A DNA stretch of 64,000 bases, taken from an uncultured Acidobacteriota bacterium. GTDB taxonomy: Bacteria > Acidobacteriota > Polarisedimenticolia > Polarisedimenticolales > JAIQFR01. The position numbers were made by a program, and so were the translations under genes. The notes under the pieces were generated by a model. The model made no database searches. It was not told where the DNA came from and was given only the letters and a program-made list of their open reading frames with translations. Location: positions 47,456 through 111,455 of the forward strand of contig CALMJU010000083.1 in NCBI GenBank assembly GCA_937864465.1, in the 5' to 3' direction. Below are positions 62,694-64,000 of the stretch, one piece after another (position 1 is the first letter of the stretch; each line of letters opens with the position of its first letter).

Positions 62694-64000
62694 ATGACAT
62701 CTTCCGTTCGATTCGCCGGCCGCGTCGCTCTCGCCGCCTGCGTCCTCGTGGGGGCGCTCCACGGGGTGCGGGGGGCGAGTTGGAAGTGGCTCTCCGAGTT
62801 CACGCCGGAGAGCGCCGGGAGCCTGAAGGAGCTCCACGAGGAGCTCCTGTCGCCCAGGCTCTCCGGGGTCCTCGGGGTGCCGGTCCGGGACGTCCGGCTG
62901 CGCGAGGACTTCATGGAGATCCACCTCCGCTCGGGGACGGTGTTCCTCGAGCCTCCCGTCCGGGGCTGCCCGGCGGGCGCCTACTTCGTCGGCGAGGGGA
63001 CCTTCCGCTTCGTGCCCGAGGCGAGGAAGACCAGGCAGGACCTGGAGTTCTGGTTCGGCGCCCCGACGATCGAAGCGGAGCCGATCCGCAGCGCGTACTT
63101 CTTCAGCCTCGGCGGGGCTTCCCTCCTGGAGCGGTTGGGCGTCTCCGCGGAGCCGTCGGTGCCCCTCGCGGCGCCGGCGGCGTACGAGGAGGCGAAGCTG
63201 GCCCTCCGACAGACCGGAACGATGCTCCTCCGGCAGTTCCTGAACCGCGAGGGGCGGTCCAAGGGGACGTTGCACGCCGTGCTCGAGCCGGGAGCGATCC
63301 GGGACGCCGGAGAGAAGGAGGCGTTCTATCTCTACTCCCTGGACCCCGCGGCCGACGACGAGGTGAGCCTCTCGGTCTTCGGCCACTCCGAGGTGCAGTC
63401 GACGCTGCCGCACAAGTACTACTTCCACAAGCTCGCCTGGTGCCGGTCGAAGACGCCCCGATTCGTGCCGCAGGCCAAGGTGGATCTCTACAGCACGAAG
63501 CTGCAGATCGGCGGCGGGCTCCGGGAGGCGGAGGAGGAGACGACCGTGACGCTGATCCCCGACGCGGGGACCCGGGCGCTCACGTTCGCCCTGACGCCGC
63601 GCATGCGGGTCCGATCCGTGACGGGGCCCGGGGGCGAGCCGCTGCCGTTCGTCCAGTGGGGTTGGCTCGACAACGATCCGAACTACGACGCCACGCTCGT
63701 CGTCGAGCTGCCCCCGCAGAGCGAGCCGGGGAAGAGCCGGGAGATTCGAACCGTCTCCTCCGGGCGGCTGTTCGAGCCGTGGTACGAGTTCTACTGGCTG
63801 GCGGACGAGGATGCCTGGCATCCCCTTCTCGCCGACGCGGATGAGGCTCGGTACGAGACCTTCCTGTCCATCCCGAAGTCGAAGGAGGGGATCGCCGCCG
63901 GGCGCCTCGTCGAGGACTCGGTTCGAGGCGCCCAGCGCCACTATCACTACCGGACCGAGCGGCCCCACAAGCGGTCCACCGTGTACTTCGGCGACTTCGA
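62694..64000 (+). CDS. hypothetical secreted protein, N-terminal 435 aa only (runs off the right edge); possibly an M1-peptidase-like N-terminal beta domain
   Basis: Absent from the ORF track because it has no stop in the window. From ATG 62694 the frame stays open to 64000 with very high GC3. Signal-like MTSSVRFAGRVALAACVLVGALHG. The family call is weak. Confidence 0.7.
   Translation, partial: MTSSVRFAGRVALAACVLVGALHGVRGASWKWLSEFTPESAGSLKELHEELLSPRLSGVLGVPVRDVRLREDFMEIHLRSGTVFLEPPVRGCPAGAYFVGEGTFRFVPEARKTRQDLEFWFGAPTIEAEPIRSAYFFSLGGASLLERLGVSAEPSVPLAAPAAYEEAKLALRQTGTMLLRQFLNREGRSKGTLHAVLEPGAIRDAGEKEAFYLYSLDPAADDEVSLSVFGHSEVQSTLPHKYYFHKLAWCRSKTPRFVPQAKVDLYSTKLQIGGGLREAEEETTVTLIPDAGTRALTFALTPRMRVRSVTGPGGEPLPFVQWGWLDNDPNYDATLVVELPPQSEPGKSREIRTVSSGRLFEPWYEFYWLADEDAWHPLLADADEARYETFLSIPKSKEGIAAGRLVEDSVRGAQRHYHYRTERPHKRSTVYFGDF

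Noticed and set aside
58486-62700. Search for target-site duplications flanking the IS, the MITE-like element or the whole composite unit.
   Set aside because: No direct repeat of 3 nt or more is evident at any of the inferred junctions (acaaat / tcgatg; gagaag / catcgc). The element ends are only defined to within a few nucleotides, so I make no TSD claim.

Overview
High-GC (about 70% by eye) bacterial chromosomal segment, densely coding on both strands. I call 53 protein-coding genes, one of them a decayed transposase. I recognised no rRNA, tRNA or CRISPR array. The many very long Arg/Pro/Gly-rich ORFs in the track are out-of-frame or antisense shadows of real genes, as expected at this GC content. 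The phylum is not determinable here; the CarboxypepD_reg-type TonB receptor and the anaerobe-type redox genes weakly suggest an Acidobacteriota-like organism (inference only). Contents from left to right: (1) housekeeping genes (RpoD-like sigma factor, split CN-hydrolase/NadE, rsmI, ricT-like, smpB, ABC-2 exporter, agmatinase); (2) a stand-alone topoisomerase VI B-subunit gene with no A subunit in the window; (3) lipid and signalling genes (patatin, PLD/cardiolipin synthase, PAS-degenerate GGDEF-PilZ, cstA plus M24 peptidase); (4) a minus-strand stress block (cspA, lon, hsp20, usp, divergent EF-G paralog); (5) a tight 8-9 gene operon at 34.8-43.8 kb; (6) a sigma factor, secreted FN3 protein and TonB-dependent receptor unit; (7) a PrpD / aconitase-family / IDH-family / CitDE / CitF cluster with a highly structured 200-nt internal leader; (8) a mobile region at 58.5-62.7 kb. 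The best candidate for something undescribed is the 34.8-43.8 kb operon. It joins a sensory-[FeFe]-hydrogenase-type cassette (2x DRTGG, GHKL ATPase, HydS-like protein) to NuoE/NuoF-like subunits. Its third subunit is a 1252-aa 2Fe-2S / GltD-like / molybdopterin-oxidoreductase-like fusion with no H-cluster motifs. In the mobile region, a decayed DDE-transposase IS and a 150-bp deletion derivative with the same inverted repeats bracket a lower-GC TlpA-like/ABC cargo. All functional calls rest on motif and family recognition by eye. No database search was run.
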